From Candidatus Latescibacterota bacterium (GTDB lineage: Bacteria > Latescibacterota > UBA2968 > UBA8231), in NCBI GenBank assembly GCA_965248265.1, contig CBDFJF010000002.1, forward strand, positions 2,752,001 to 2,816,000: 64,000 nt of DNA. Reading direction: 5' to 3'. A program made the position numbers and the translations under genes. Shown piece by piece: positions 10,701-19,190 of the stretch. Under the pieces are notes generated by a model that was not told the origin of the DNA, searched no databases, and was given only the letters and a program-made list of their open reading frames with translations. Position 1 is the first letter of the stretch, and each line of letters begins with the position of its first letter.

Positions 10701-10984
10701 AAGCCCAGAAGATCTCGACTATCAGAGGTCCGGAGCTGTAAGGTCCAACCCGAACTTCTTGCCTTCTCTACGCGCAATACGGCGGCGGTTTCACCTTCAA
10801 AGACGGGTCCTTCGGGAGAGATATCAACCAGTTCAATGCCCCCTAATGCTGTGGTGGTCCAGTCAGCGGCGATCTCGTCGCCCAGGATCACCAGATCCTC
10901 CTGGGTATGGGCCGGCGCATTCCAAGCGACGGCCAGTGCCAGCGCAGTATGCGGGATGATCATTTTCATGGTCGTTCGCCTCAC
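7763..10984 (-). CDS. Secreted multidomain protein: CBM-like, IPT/TIG, FG-GAP/VCBS repeats, BACON-like, HSL-type esterase, FlgD-Ig/CTD
   Basis: Signal peptide; repeated ADFDGDGDxDL; HGGG, GDSAGG, HGTED, GAGH; LSQNYPNPFN...SGVY. Confidence 0.85.
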   Translation of the reverse strand: MRRTTMKMIIPHTALALAVAWNAPAHTQEDLVILGDEIAADWTTTALGGIELVDISPEGPVFEGETAAVLRVEKARSSGWTLQLRTSDSRDLLGFTTLRFAFHPESVVPPDSPRLAVAVQPGRSIDLLQEGLIDLNWTEWQVVEMDLSEFDLGDRFERISFLGNVSGTFYLDDLRLVHAPDDAPIVTSITPPHGVERGDMQVEIRGSNFYLGTTVAFGGIEAARRSRLSPFLIQATTPPHALGSVDVTITNRSQETGKLEKGFTFVPALFALPTDYPVGRVPLELSTADFDGDGDHDLAVASTGSNTVSVLMNRGDGTFADKVDYALGRGSHPVFGADFDSDGDHDLAVANGSDANVSVFLNNGDGTFADKVDYATGEAPVSLFSADFDGNGIHDLVVARVTGSNVSVLLNNGDGTFGPPIDYVAGKAPLDVFSADLDGDTDNDLVVANHSGGVSVLLNDGDGTFAPKVEYDALDRPVNVFSADFDGDEDHDIAARHFGSAAVSVWLNNGDGSFAPRVDYDGPERWGIFSADLDNDGDNDLVAPDHVNRRVSVLLNNGDGTFGVKLEYAVGRGPYEVVGADFDGDGDIDLAVTNQDANTVSILLNRLVDSGVGDPVLAVDQDYLDFGVAISSLSLSLRNAGSGILSWSLEPPSEDWISVSPREGQTTNVPAYIEVRIDRQQAPAGPQEATLVLTTPQGERREVRVRADIRTSLLRYVDPVFSEVHLTLDLPFGEAIGSSRQLEQLRLDVYEPEGDTEVNRPALMLIHGGGFSRGDKQSDLYQEMATAFAQRGYVAVSINYRLANPSANPAIIDTAVADALTALNWLETNQDEYGVDPNKMTIAGDSAGGAIAVNLCYGNAASVGAAACIDLWGGMYDRSDPGGFDAPIYPGPIEPGTPPTLLIHGTEDSIVPYRTSLDLIDKIAAAKVHYELYPLPGAGHYPISLASQFIPVMVDFVYRLVHLSKPSTAVVEVAESISDLPTTYTLSQNYPNPFNSDTVIRFGLPTSGPVDLALYNLAGQKVAALVEGPHQAGTYTVHWDGRDAHGRDLASGVYMYRLLAGGQTETRKLLFLR

Positions 10985-11231
10985 CTCCAGTACAGCGGAA
11001 GATGGCTTCAGAATGTGGCTCGGTGCGCCAATGGAAGACCTACTCTAGGACCAGGATCAAGAGATCACCGTGAAGAATCGGGGATGTCAGCCTCGGTTGC
11101 CGTCTGACAATGGCTCCGTTTCGCCAGCGTTTCTCGCACGATGGGCTACCATGAACGCGACAGCAGCGATGGAAAACGAGATGAGACTGCCGCCGATTTC
11201 CGCGGACCCCCAAGGCTCTCGCAAGAACAAG

Positions 11232-11256
11232 CGACTAGTGAGGATAAACAGCATTA
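11232..11256 (-). mobile_element. oriIS tip (variant A) interrupted by an IS110 left end
   Basis: tagtgaggataaacagcatta identical to 48224-48244, then diverges. Confidence 0.75.
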
Positions 11257-12579
11257 CATACTCTTAGGCGCAAACAAAGAGGGCTTCTCTTTCAGATATT
11301 CGGAGGTGTCCCATAAGACCCTCAAAGACGTGAGCACCACGTCTGCATCTGAAAAGGAGAAGCCCGTAAGAAATCTACTAAGATGACTTCGGCTGTCCAA
11401 CTCGATCAGGTCCTCGATATCTGTGTCGATGTCAGCAAGAGCAAACTCAATGTCTACTTCGAGATGGGCGATCAGACCGTCGATGACGAGTGGCCCAATA
11501 CGACCCGGCAGATCGAGAAGAAGCTGCGAGCCTGTGGGCGCTTGGCGAGAGAGCACGGCTTCAAATCACTGCGAGTCATCTGCGAGCCTTCAGGCGGATA
11601 CCAGGACAAGCTGTTGCGCACAGCACGACGACTCGGTCACCTGACGGCCTACGTCAACGGCGAGGCGGTTGCCAAATTTCGTGTCGTCGAGACCAATGAC
11701 GGCGGCAAGACGGATCTCAAAGACCCGCACATCATCAATACGCTGGCGCGGCTCAATAAAGTCCTCCGGCATCGAGATCTACCTGAAGAGTATGAGCTGC
11801 TGCGCAAATGCGGCGTCCTCTATGAGAGGGCAGACCGAGCTCTCATGGCGGTGCGCTGCCGACTGCACCGCGTGCTGATGGAGCTGTATTGCGACTTCTC
11901 CTTCACCAAGAGCTTTCTCTACAGCACCTCGGGGCGCGCCTTGATCAGCAGGGGAGCCTTCGGACGAGGCCAGGCACAGGCCTTGAAGGCCTCCGCTAAA
12001 GCCTCCTTCGCGCTCACTCATCGCAGTCGGCACTTGTCCCTGGAGATTCGCTTCGTCATGGAGCGCGTCAACCTCCTCATCGAGCAGATCGTGCAACTCG
12101 ACGAACACCTGCAAGATCTCATGACCGAACAGCAGAGCCTTCTGCGGTCCGTCCCAGGTCTCGGGCCGTGTGGGCACCGACCATCCTGGCCGAGATCCTG
12201 CCTGTGTTTCATCCCGAGGATCAGCATGGCGCTCGCAAGTTCGTCGCCACCGCTGGCCTCGACGTCAAGCAGTTCGACAGTGGCGATGTGGAGGGTCGCG
12301 GCAGAATGTCCAAGCGCGGCAGCCGCTACCTGCGCACCGCCGTCATGCAGGCCTCAGAGATCGCCGTCTTCAAGAGTCACGACCCGCTCTTCACCCAGGT
12401 CTATCAGCGACACATTGATCGCGGCAAGCACCACCTCGTCGCTCTCACCCACGTCGCCAACAAGATGCTCCACGTCGTCTTCAGTGTCCTCAAGAACAAC
12501 CGTCCCTACACACCTATCCTCAACTGAACGGAGACCAGATATTTGCCCACGACTGGTGTTGACATGTTACCGCTTGTCT
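11257..12579 (+). mobile_element. Chimeric, frameshifted IS110-family element
   Basis: N-terminal DEDD domain (CVDVSK, CEPSG, KTDLKD) of one IS110 is fused near 11945 to a 3' half homologous to 34795-35370. Frameshift near 12168. Long imperfect inverted repeat 11281-11365 in the leader. Right end TTGACA-13 nt-CT ends at 12579. Confidence 0.85.
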
Positions 12580-12998
12580 ATACGTCCGGGCAGGACAGTA
12601 ACAGAGCGAGGTTGGTGATCGTGCGAGACAACAAGATGAGGTAGCGTGTGCGAGCAGGCATTGTCGTCTTCCTTTCGACCTGATTGATGCGATTCCGCCG
12701 TCGCCTGGCGCGCACTCAATGCAATGGTGCTCTTTCGCGCGCCAAGCGCTCTGCCGAAAAGCATGCAACCAGCAGAAACTAAACAGAAAACTATGGAACG
12801 AATAGTGGGGTTGGCTCTTAGACGCGCAGCAAAGGCTACGGCGGAGACTTGCCCGACGATCTGCCTCCGAAGCCGCATGTGGGTCCGGATCCGATGATCG
12901 TACGGCCTGTGCGAGTGAATCCGCCTTGACACAGTGCCCATAATGGTCCTTCATAGTGTAGTCGGTGCGAATGTTTCCCGAACGAGGGTTTTCCGACC

Positions 12999-15344
12999 AT
13001 GAGATATTCTCTGCGGAAACCGGTTGCGGATGCGGGTGCAGGGCGCAACCGCCGGATCGCTATTTGCCGCATCGGCTGTTGTTTCATGCTGTCATTGGCC
13101 TGCCCTGGAGTGGCCGATGTCGGGGGGCATGGCGCGGAGGCGCATGCTGCAGAGGGGCGTGATGAGGCCGAAGTCGCAGAAGAGTCCGCAGGAACAACCT
13201 GGTTCGAGACGCACCGCTACGATCCGCTGAACATGACCCTGGTCGACAGCCTTCATCTCGAAGGCGTGACCGATCTGTATGTCGCCGGCAACCACGCCTA
13301 TGTCGGCGATGACGAGCGGGGCGTTCTGCACATCGTGGATATCTCCCAGCCACAAGACATGCGTCTGGACACGTCGTTGACCCTGTTCGACATACCTTCC
13401 GTGGATGTGAAGGTGAGCGGAAATCTGGCCGTCGTCGGGGCGCAGAGAGACTTCGCCGGTGAGGCGATCTTCATCGACATTTCCGATCCATCCAATCCCG
13501 AGGTCCTCTCGAGGTTCGAGGCGTCGGACCGCGGCGGGGTACACAACCTCTTCCTCTACAAGGATCGCGCCTATCTGGCCAGCTCTATAGAGGAGGGTCT
13601 GACGATCGTGGACATTTCGGACCCCACTCGACCGTTTCAGTCGGGCTTCTGGATGAACGAGTCCGAGGAGGTCGGCAGTTACGTCCACGATGTGTTCATC
13701 CGCGACGACATGGCTTTCCTCAGCGTCGATAACCACCGGGCGTACAGCGGCGGTCTGGTCATTCTCGACCTGGCCGATCCCGACCATCCTGTCACTCTGT
13801 GCTCGATGCCCATTGCCGCGGGGCTGCACAGCGCCTGGATGGAGGAGGGATTCGTCTACTGCAACCAGGAATACGGCGACTGGCGACGGAGGCTGCACGT
13901 CATTGACGCGACGGATCCGCGCCACCCCGTCGAGGTCAGTACCTTCGGCCCTCATCCGCCCCCTTTCGTGGAAATAATGGGCCCCCACAATCCCCATGCC
14001 CGGGACGGCCTGCTCTACTGGGCCTACTACGACGCGGGGGTACGCGTTTTCGACCTGGCCACCCCGGATCAGCCGGTGGAGATCGCCTATTTCCCCTCGT
14101 CCGGCGCCTGGGGTGCCCAGCCCCACACGGACGGCCTCGTCTATGTGGCGGACCACGCACACAATGTGCATGGTATCGCCCAGCATGCCCTGCTGGCCCT
14201 TCGTTTCGATGAGCCGGCCCACGGCATCAGGCAGATATCGCTGAGTGCGGACTCTTCGATTGCGGGCCGCTCGGACTGGATAGCGGTAAGGGCGACCACG
14301 ACGCCGTCGCCGCGCGGCATCAGCGGCCAAATCGCTCGGGTTTCCGCCCGCTTCTTCAATGAGGAGGAGACGGAAGAGTGGATGTTGGCGGACGACGGCG
14401 AGACCGGAGATGCGGCACGTGGAGGGCGGTCATTCAGGGGGCAAATTCCGGTGCCGCCGGCCTTGCCTAGTGGCAAGCATCGGATAAGGGTTCAGTTGGA
14501 AGATGATCAGGCTCGAGTGTATCCCCACGATGTCCCTTTCTATCTTTTCCCCGAGGATCTGGTATTGTACGGAGATGGGTTGGCAGGCGAGTGGCGAGAA
14601 ATAGAGCGGATGGGGGGCGGCGAATTTGATCTCCGAGAGAGCGAGATCGTCTACCGGGGCGAGTCGGCGCTGGCATTCAGGGACATCTCCAACTTCTTTC
14701 GCGTGCTCTATGAGCCCATCGAACCCGTCGACGCTTTCGGATTCGCGTCCCTGCACCTTGCCCTTCACCTGGGCGACGTGGGGGCCAACTTCAGGGGTCT
14801 TACCGTAGACATAAATGAGGAGTTGGTGCCCCTGGTGAATGCTGGCAAGGGATACAACGGCGTGGATTTGGACTCCAGACAGTGGCAGTTGATTGACATC
14901 CCGCTCGATTTCCTGGAGCTGGATGAGATCACCCGGATCGGTTTCGTAGGGAGGTTGTCGGGCACCCTTTACTTAGACGATATACGTGTGGTTGCTGGCA
15001 CCCCGTCCTCGCTAGCCGATGTAGTGGCCACCGCGGTGCGGCAAGAGCACACAACCAGTCTTCCGCGATCCTTCAACCTGCACCAGAACTATCCCAATCC
15101 GTTCAACAGCGGTACGGAGATCCGTTTCTCTTTGCCCGAGGGCGAGAACGTCGAGCTGACCCTCTACAATCTGGCCGGGCAGAGGGTGGCCGAGCTCGCT
15201 TCAGGTCGCCGTGACGCTGGGACCTACACGGTTTACTGGGATGGCCGCGGCGATGACGGCGGGGTATTGGCCAGTGGTGTGTACCTGTATCGGTTGGAGG
15301 CTGGCGCCCGCGCAGACACGCGCAGGCTTCTACTTCTCAGATAA
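12999..15344 (+). CDS. LVIVD-repeat protein with CBM-like and FlgD-Ig/CTD domains
   Basis: Repeated L.IVDIS.P..P motifs with His-rich blades; LHQNYPNPFN C-terminal domain; start uncertain. Confidence 0.8.
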   Translation: MRYSLRKPVADAGAGRNRRIAICRIGCCFMLSLACPGVADVGGHGAEAHAAEGRDEAEVAEESAGTTWFETHRYDPLNMTLVDSLHLEGVTDLYVAGNHAYVGDDERGVLHIVDISQPQDMRLDTSLTLFDIPSVDVKVSGNLAVVGAQRDFAGEAIFIDISDPSNPEVLSRFEASDRGGVHNLFLYKDRAYLASSIEEGLTIVDISDPTRPFQSGFWMNESEEVGSYVHDVFIRDDMAFLSVDNHRAYSGGLVILDLADPDHPVTLCSMPIAAGLHSAWMEEGFVYCNQEYGDWRRRLHVIDATDPRHPVEVSTFGPHPPPFVEIMGPHNPHARDGLLYWAYYDAGVRVFDLATPDQPVEIAYFPSSGAWGAQPHTDGLVYVADHAHNVHGIAQHALLALRFDEPAHGIRQISLSADSSIAGRSDWIAVRATTTPSPRGISGQIARVSARFFNEEETEEWMLADDGETGDAARGGRSFRGQIPVPPALPSGKHRIRVQLEDDQARVYPHDVPFYLFPEDLVLYGDGLAGEWREIERMGGGEFDLRESEIVYRGESALAFRDISNFFRVLYEPIEPVDAFGFASLHLALHLGDVGANFRGLTVDINEELVPLVNAGKGYNGVDLDSRQWQLIDIPLDFLELDEITRIGFVGRLSGTLYLDDIRVVAGTPSSLADVVATAVRQEHTTSLPRSFNLHQNYPNPFNSGTEIRFSLPEGENVELTLYNLAGQRVAELASGRRDAGTYTVYWDGRGDDGGVLASGVYLYRLEAGARADTRRLLLLR

Positions 15345-16300
15345 CTCACCTGCCGCCAATCGAGTCTTGGTGCTATGCCAGTCCTGAGCTCCGTGGCACC
15401 GGCACACTGGTAGATGTCGGGTTGTTCGCGGAAGCTCTCATCTACTATGACCAGCTTCTTGTAAACCCCACGACACAGCCGCAATTTGCGGCTCTCCTTG
15501 AATGGGCGCAGAACCAGTCTTCGCTCGACAAGCTGCTTGGTTTGGCCAAGGACGGTGTAATCAAGATTTACGACTACTCATTTGCCACCTCCGCAGTGCA
15601 ACAAGGTGCCAGCTATGCGATCATGAATATTCAGGATGAAGTCCAGGCTCAACCCAATACGTTTGACCGTCGATTCTTGTATCATGACTCGGTTGAGGCG
15701 CTCTTCCCAAAGGCACGGCACCGCAGAAAAATCTATGAGGCGTTTCATGGAATTCGATAGAGGCTAAGGCCAATGATTTTGGTGAAGCCGTGGAAAACGC
15801 GGGCCGTGACTACTATGACGAACGTCGGTGTGCCCTGATCGTCCAGGCTCTGGTCGATGTGGTGTATCGCGACAAGCAACTGGGGGCACCACCTCTCGTC
15901 GAGGCAACTTTGTCGCGCACCGAAGGCAGCACCCAACACAGCATAACTTGGAACGTGAATTTCAAATGGCTATCCGAGAAACTCGGGGCCAATCTGAATT
16001 TTCACTCTTCTACGCCCCTGACTGCTGGAGCGGTGGCCAATCGCCTTATTTGGTCCGCTGCGCAATTGGACTGTGACCTCTACTTACCATCTCCGATGAG
16101 TAGCCTTGTCGGCGACAAGCTCTACGAAACGTCATTAAGGGCTGACAAGACTGACACGGTTATTCAATCCCTCCAGGAGGCAGTTGAGTTTCCTGATATT
16201 CGGACGCTCGTGAATACCGGACAACTCTCCCTTGATGAAGTTCTGGAGATTAGAACGAAGTCTAAGAGGTTCCGTGCCTGGTTACAGCAGGAGTCGGAGG
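15345..16300 (+). pseudogene. Hypothetical gene, 5'-truncated, frameshifted near 15755 and 3'-truncated by oriIS
   Basis: Consecutive ORFs 15422-15760 and 15790-16332, lower GC; the second reads into oriIS at 16301. Confidence 0.55.
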
Positions 16301-16542
16301 CGCATAGTGAGGATAAACAGCATTATCGGTAGTCAGTCAAGGTGTTTTGGGCTTTTTCGATTGCGTTGAGGGCCGTGCTTTTGCGTTGATCGTGGTGCGG
16401 TGAACGATGGGGCAGCGGATAGGGTGCCCGGATCAGCGCTTGCGGGCGCAGCGGCAGCTGTCAGCGAGAGATGGGGACGCAGCGCTGTCTGGGGTGGGGC
16501 TCAGGCGGCAAAGTCGAACTCGTGTTGGGGATCGGGCCGTGC
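16301..16542 (-). mobile_element. IS91-family oriIS end (variant A)
   Basis: Near-identical to 48220-48460. Confidence 0.88.
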
Positions 16543-16633
16543 TTGATGAGAAGGCTATACATGTGATCTTGTATGTGGACGAACGAACCGCGGAAAACTG
16601 GAAAATTCCGGACTAACACTCAGGAGATCCCCC

Positions 16634-17551
16634 TTGCAGGCCCAAAACACAGACCTTCCGCCCGGCGGTAATAGCAGTGCCCCCACGGCCGCTTCCGTCG
16701 GAGTGACGCCGACCCGCGATCCGGCCGTGGCCGGCGAGCAGATGCGCCGGCACGGTTTCTGCATCATAGAAGGCGTCCTTCCGCCCTCTGCCATACCGGC
16801 CCTGAGGGAGAGCGCCGAACGCACCGCGATGGCGCACGACGACTGGCACCTCGACGGTTCCAAGGCGACATGGCACGTGGGGAGCGTGCTCACCTACGAC
16901 CAGACGATGGCCGCCTGGATCGGCGAGAGCCGCGTGCTCGACGTCGTCGAAGAGGCCTTCGCCACGGCCGAGATCCAGATCAGCTATACCACGCTGCAGG
17001 TCAACAAGCCGCACTGCCAGCAGCAGATCTGGCACGCGGATGGACACCTGGCGCAAACGGAACAGTACCCGCCGCCGCACGAGGCGCTGCGCCGTCCCGC
17101 GCACATCAACGCGCTCTACATGCTGAGCGACTTCACGGTTGCCAACGGCGGGACCTGGATGGTGCCCGGCTCGCACGCGCGGCCGGCTTCTGAAGATCCG
17201 TGCCGAGCGTGGTCGACCGAAGCCCAGTACTCGCCTTACCCGGAGGCCGTCCACGCGACCGCGGCCGCCGGCTGCGTGTGCGTGCTCGACTGCCGATTGT
17301 GGCACTGCATGCCGCCGAACCTGACGGACGCGGCGCGGGTCATGGTCAACGTGCGCTATGCACCGAGCCGGGTGCCCATCGAGCTACTGGTGAATCGGGG
17401 TGCCGGCCAGCCCCCGTGGCCGCCCATGCCGCAGGCAGTGTACGAGGCGCTTCCCTCCAGGTTGAAGCCGCTGTACGCGCACGCCCCGCTTCCTCCTCCG
17501 CCACCTTATACGCACGAGTTGGGCCTGTTCCTGAACGACAAACGGGTCTAG
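16634..17551 (+). CDS. Phytanoyl-CoA dioxygenase (PhyH) family protein
   Basis: WHADG, DFTVANGGTWMVPGSH, LWH, R; TTG start after AGGAG. Confidence 0.85.
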   Translation: MQAQNTDLPPGGNSSAPTAASVGVTPTRDPAVAGEQMRRHGFCIIEGVLPPSAIPALRESAERTAMAHDDWHLDGSKATWHVGSVLTYDQTMAAWIGESRVLDVVEEAFATAEIQISYTTLQVNKPHCQQQIWHADGHLAQTEQYPPPHEALRRPAHINALYMLSDFTVANGGTWMVPGSHARPASEDPCRAWSTEAQYSPYPEAVHATAAAGCVCVLDCRLWHCMPPNLTDAARVMVNVRYAPSRVPIELLVNRGAGQPPWPPMPQAVYEALPSRLKPLYAHAPLPPPPPYTHELGLFLNDKRV

Positions 17552-17634
17552 CGCGGCGTCCTGGAAGCAGGATCGTTAACGATCAAAGCCAGAGCCTTAG
17601 TCTGGAACACTTCATGGGAGATCCGAATGACCCT

Positions 17635-17679
17635 CGCAGGGCCAGACCTACCCGAAGTGGTCCGCACCTATTATACGAG
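17635..17679 (-). mobile_element. Orphan IS110 left-end remnant
   Basis: cagacctacccgaagtggtc.gcac.tattatacgag matches 36244-36280. Confidence 0.8.
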
Positions 17680-17838
17680 GACAAATAAGTGGCGTTATGG
17701 TGAGTTTAGATCCGTGTGGGCAGTGGTGTCGAGCGAATCAATGAATCTTTTTGAACGGCGGAATGCGGGGTTGAGGCCATCGACGGGCATTCCGAAGGAG
17801 AAGAATCCAGGGCTGAGCGGTGGTTTTTCCCGTTTTTC
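17678..17838 (-). mobile_element. IS91-family oriIS end (variant B)
   Basis: aggacaaataagtggcgttatggtgagtttagatc shared with 28168 and 47203; the 47.2-kb copy is contiguous with a transposase C-terminus. Confidence 0.8.
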
Positions 17839-18109
17839 GGAAGTGCGGCTCCTCATTTCGGGCCTCAGCGTTGTGGCCGCAGCAGAGACGATCGAAACCA
17901 GAATCAACAACCTGTTGCTCGGACCATCGCGTGGGGAGCCGGCAGCCAACAGGGAGAGCAACTCTGACGAGGAGTGGCTGGCGTTCGATGTGCCCCCGAG
18001 GTTTCTCGCCGTCGGCGACAATCTCGTCGGTATCCGACTGAGCACGCCGGTAGACGGAACCGTTAAGGTCGAGAGGCTGGAGCTTCCCGTTTTCTACGGC
18101 GGAGACTGA
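17839..18109 (+). pseudogene. C-terminal fragment of an unknown (possibly glycoside hydrolase) gene
   Basis: Protein-like 3' half of ORF 17627-18109; its 5' half is IS sequence. Confidence 0.4.
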
Positions 18110-18119
18110 GCTGATGCGG

Positions 18120-19100
18120 TCACTGCCATTTGAGCAGAACACCAATCAGAGCGGGGTCCCACTGTGTCAACATCGCAAACGCGTCGGCGGCGTCTTCAGC
18201 GGCAAATCGATGGCTGATCAGGTGATCCACCTCGAGCCGTCCGTAGCGCAGGAGCTGCAGCACGGCGGAGGCATCGTCAGCCATCGTCCACACACCCGGG
18301 CGCGTGCTCGGGGGCCGGGCACCGTGGTGGGCCCCGTGCACGATGACGCCTTTGGCGTGCACGGTGCTGTAGAAGTTCACCTCTGACACCCCACGCGTGC
18401 TGGCCAACAGAACGACGCGGCCATGTGGACGCACCAGCTCAAAAGCCGTGTTTGCTGGTTCGGGATGACCGGTGGCTTCGATGACGACCGCGGGACCGCC
18501 GTCGAGATCCGCCGACAGTGTCTGCAGCGCGCTATCTGTACTGACGTCGACGATGAGATCTGCACCGTTGCGGCGACTCACTTCGAGTCGTGAGGCGTCG
18601 GTGTCGATGCCGATCACCGGCAGTCCGCCTTGCAGCCGAGCCAGCTGCAGCGCCAGCAGCCCTACGAGGCCCTGCCCGATCACCGCCACTGACTCCCCGA
18701 GCTCGATCGCCGGTCTGCGCACGCCCTGCAGGGCGATGGCACCCATGTGAAAGAAGACGGCATGCTCAATGTCGAGGCCCTCGGGAACACGGGAAACGGT
18801 GTCAGCCGACACGACCGCGTGCCTTGCATGCGGAGCCGCGGCGACGATGCGATCGCCGACGGCGAACTGGTCGACATCCGGTCCCAGAGCAGCGACACGG
18901 CCGGCGAAGCTGTAGCCCGTCTGTTGCGGAAACTTCGAGGCCGTATTCGGCAAACCCAGAAGCCAGGCGCGCTCGATACCCGGGCTGATGAGCGTACATT
19001 CCGCCTCGAGCAGTAGATGCCCATGAGTCAGCTCAGGCAGGTCGAGGTTCTGAAGCTCGACGCGCCCGGGCTCAGTACAGATGACGGCTGTCGTTTCCAT
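18120..19100 (-). CDS. Zinc-binding/MDR alcohol dehydrogenase family
   Basis: TLISPG.E, GYSFAG.V, GQGLVG, IEATG; start at METTAV. Confidence 0.88.
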   Translation of the reverse strand: METTAVICTEPGRVELQNLDLPELTHGHLLLEAECTLISPGIERAWLLGLPNTASKFPQQTGYSFAGRVAALGPDVDQFAVGDRIVAAAPHARHAVVSADTVSRVPEGLDIEHAVFFHMGAIALQGVRRPAIELGESVAVIGQGLVGLLALQLARLQGGLPVIGIDTDASRLEVSRRNGADLIVDVSTDSALQTLSADLDGGPAVVIEATGHPEPANTAFELVRPHGRVVLLASTRGVSEVNFYSTVHAKGVIVHGAHHGARPPSTRPGVWTMADDASAVLQLLRYGRLEVDHLISHRFAAEDAADAFAMLTQWDPALIGVLLKWQ

Positions 19101-19190
19101 GATTGCCCCTTTGCTGTTCGCGCAGCTCCTGATCGCGAATGGCGTATTTATTATATTGAACGACCCAGCGTCAAGGAGGCGGATTCGAAG

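Noticed and set aside
11383-12618. 411-aa ORF as an intact or programmed-frameshift IS110 transposase
   Set aside because: Chimeric with a central deletion, and the C-terminus is out of frame; the homolog at 34795-35985 needs no frameshift
17627-18109. 160-aa ORF as a real gene
   Set aside because: The 5' half is IS110 left end plus oriIS sequence
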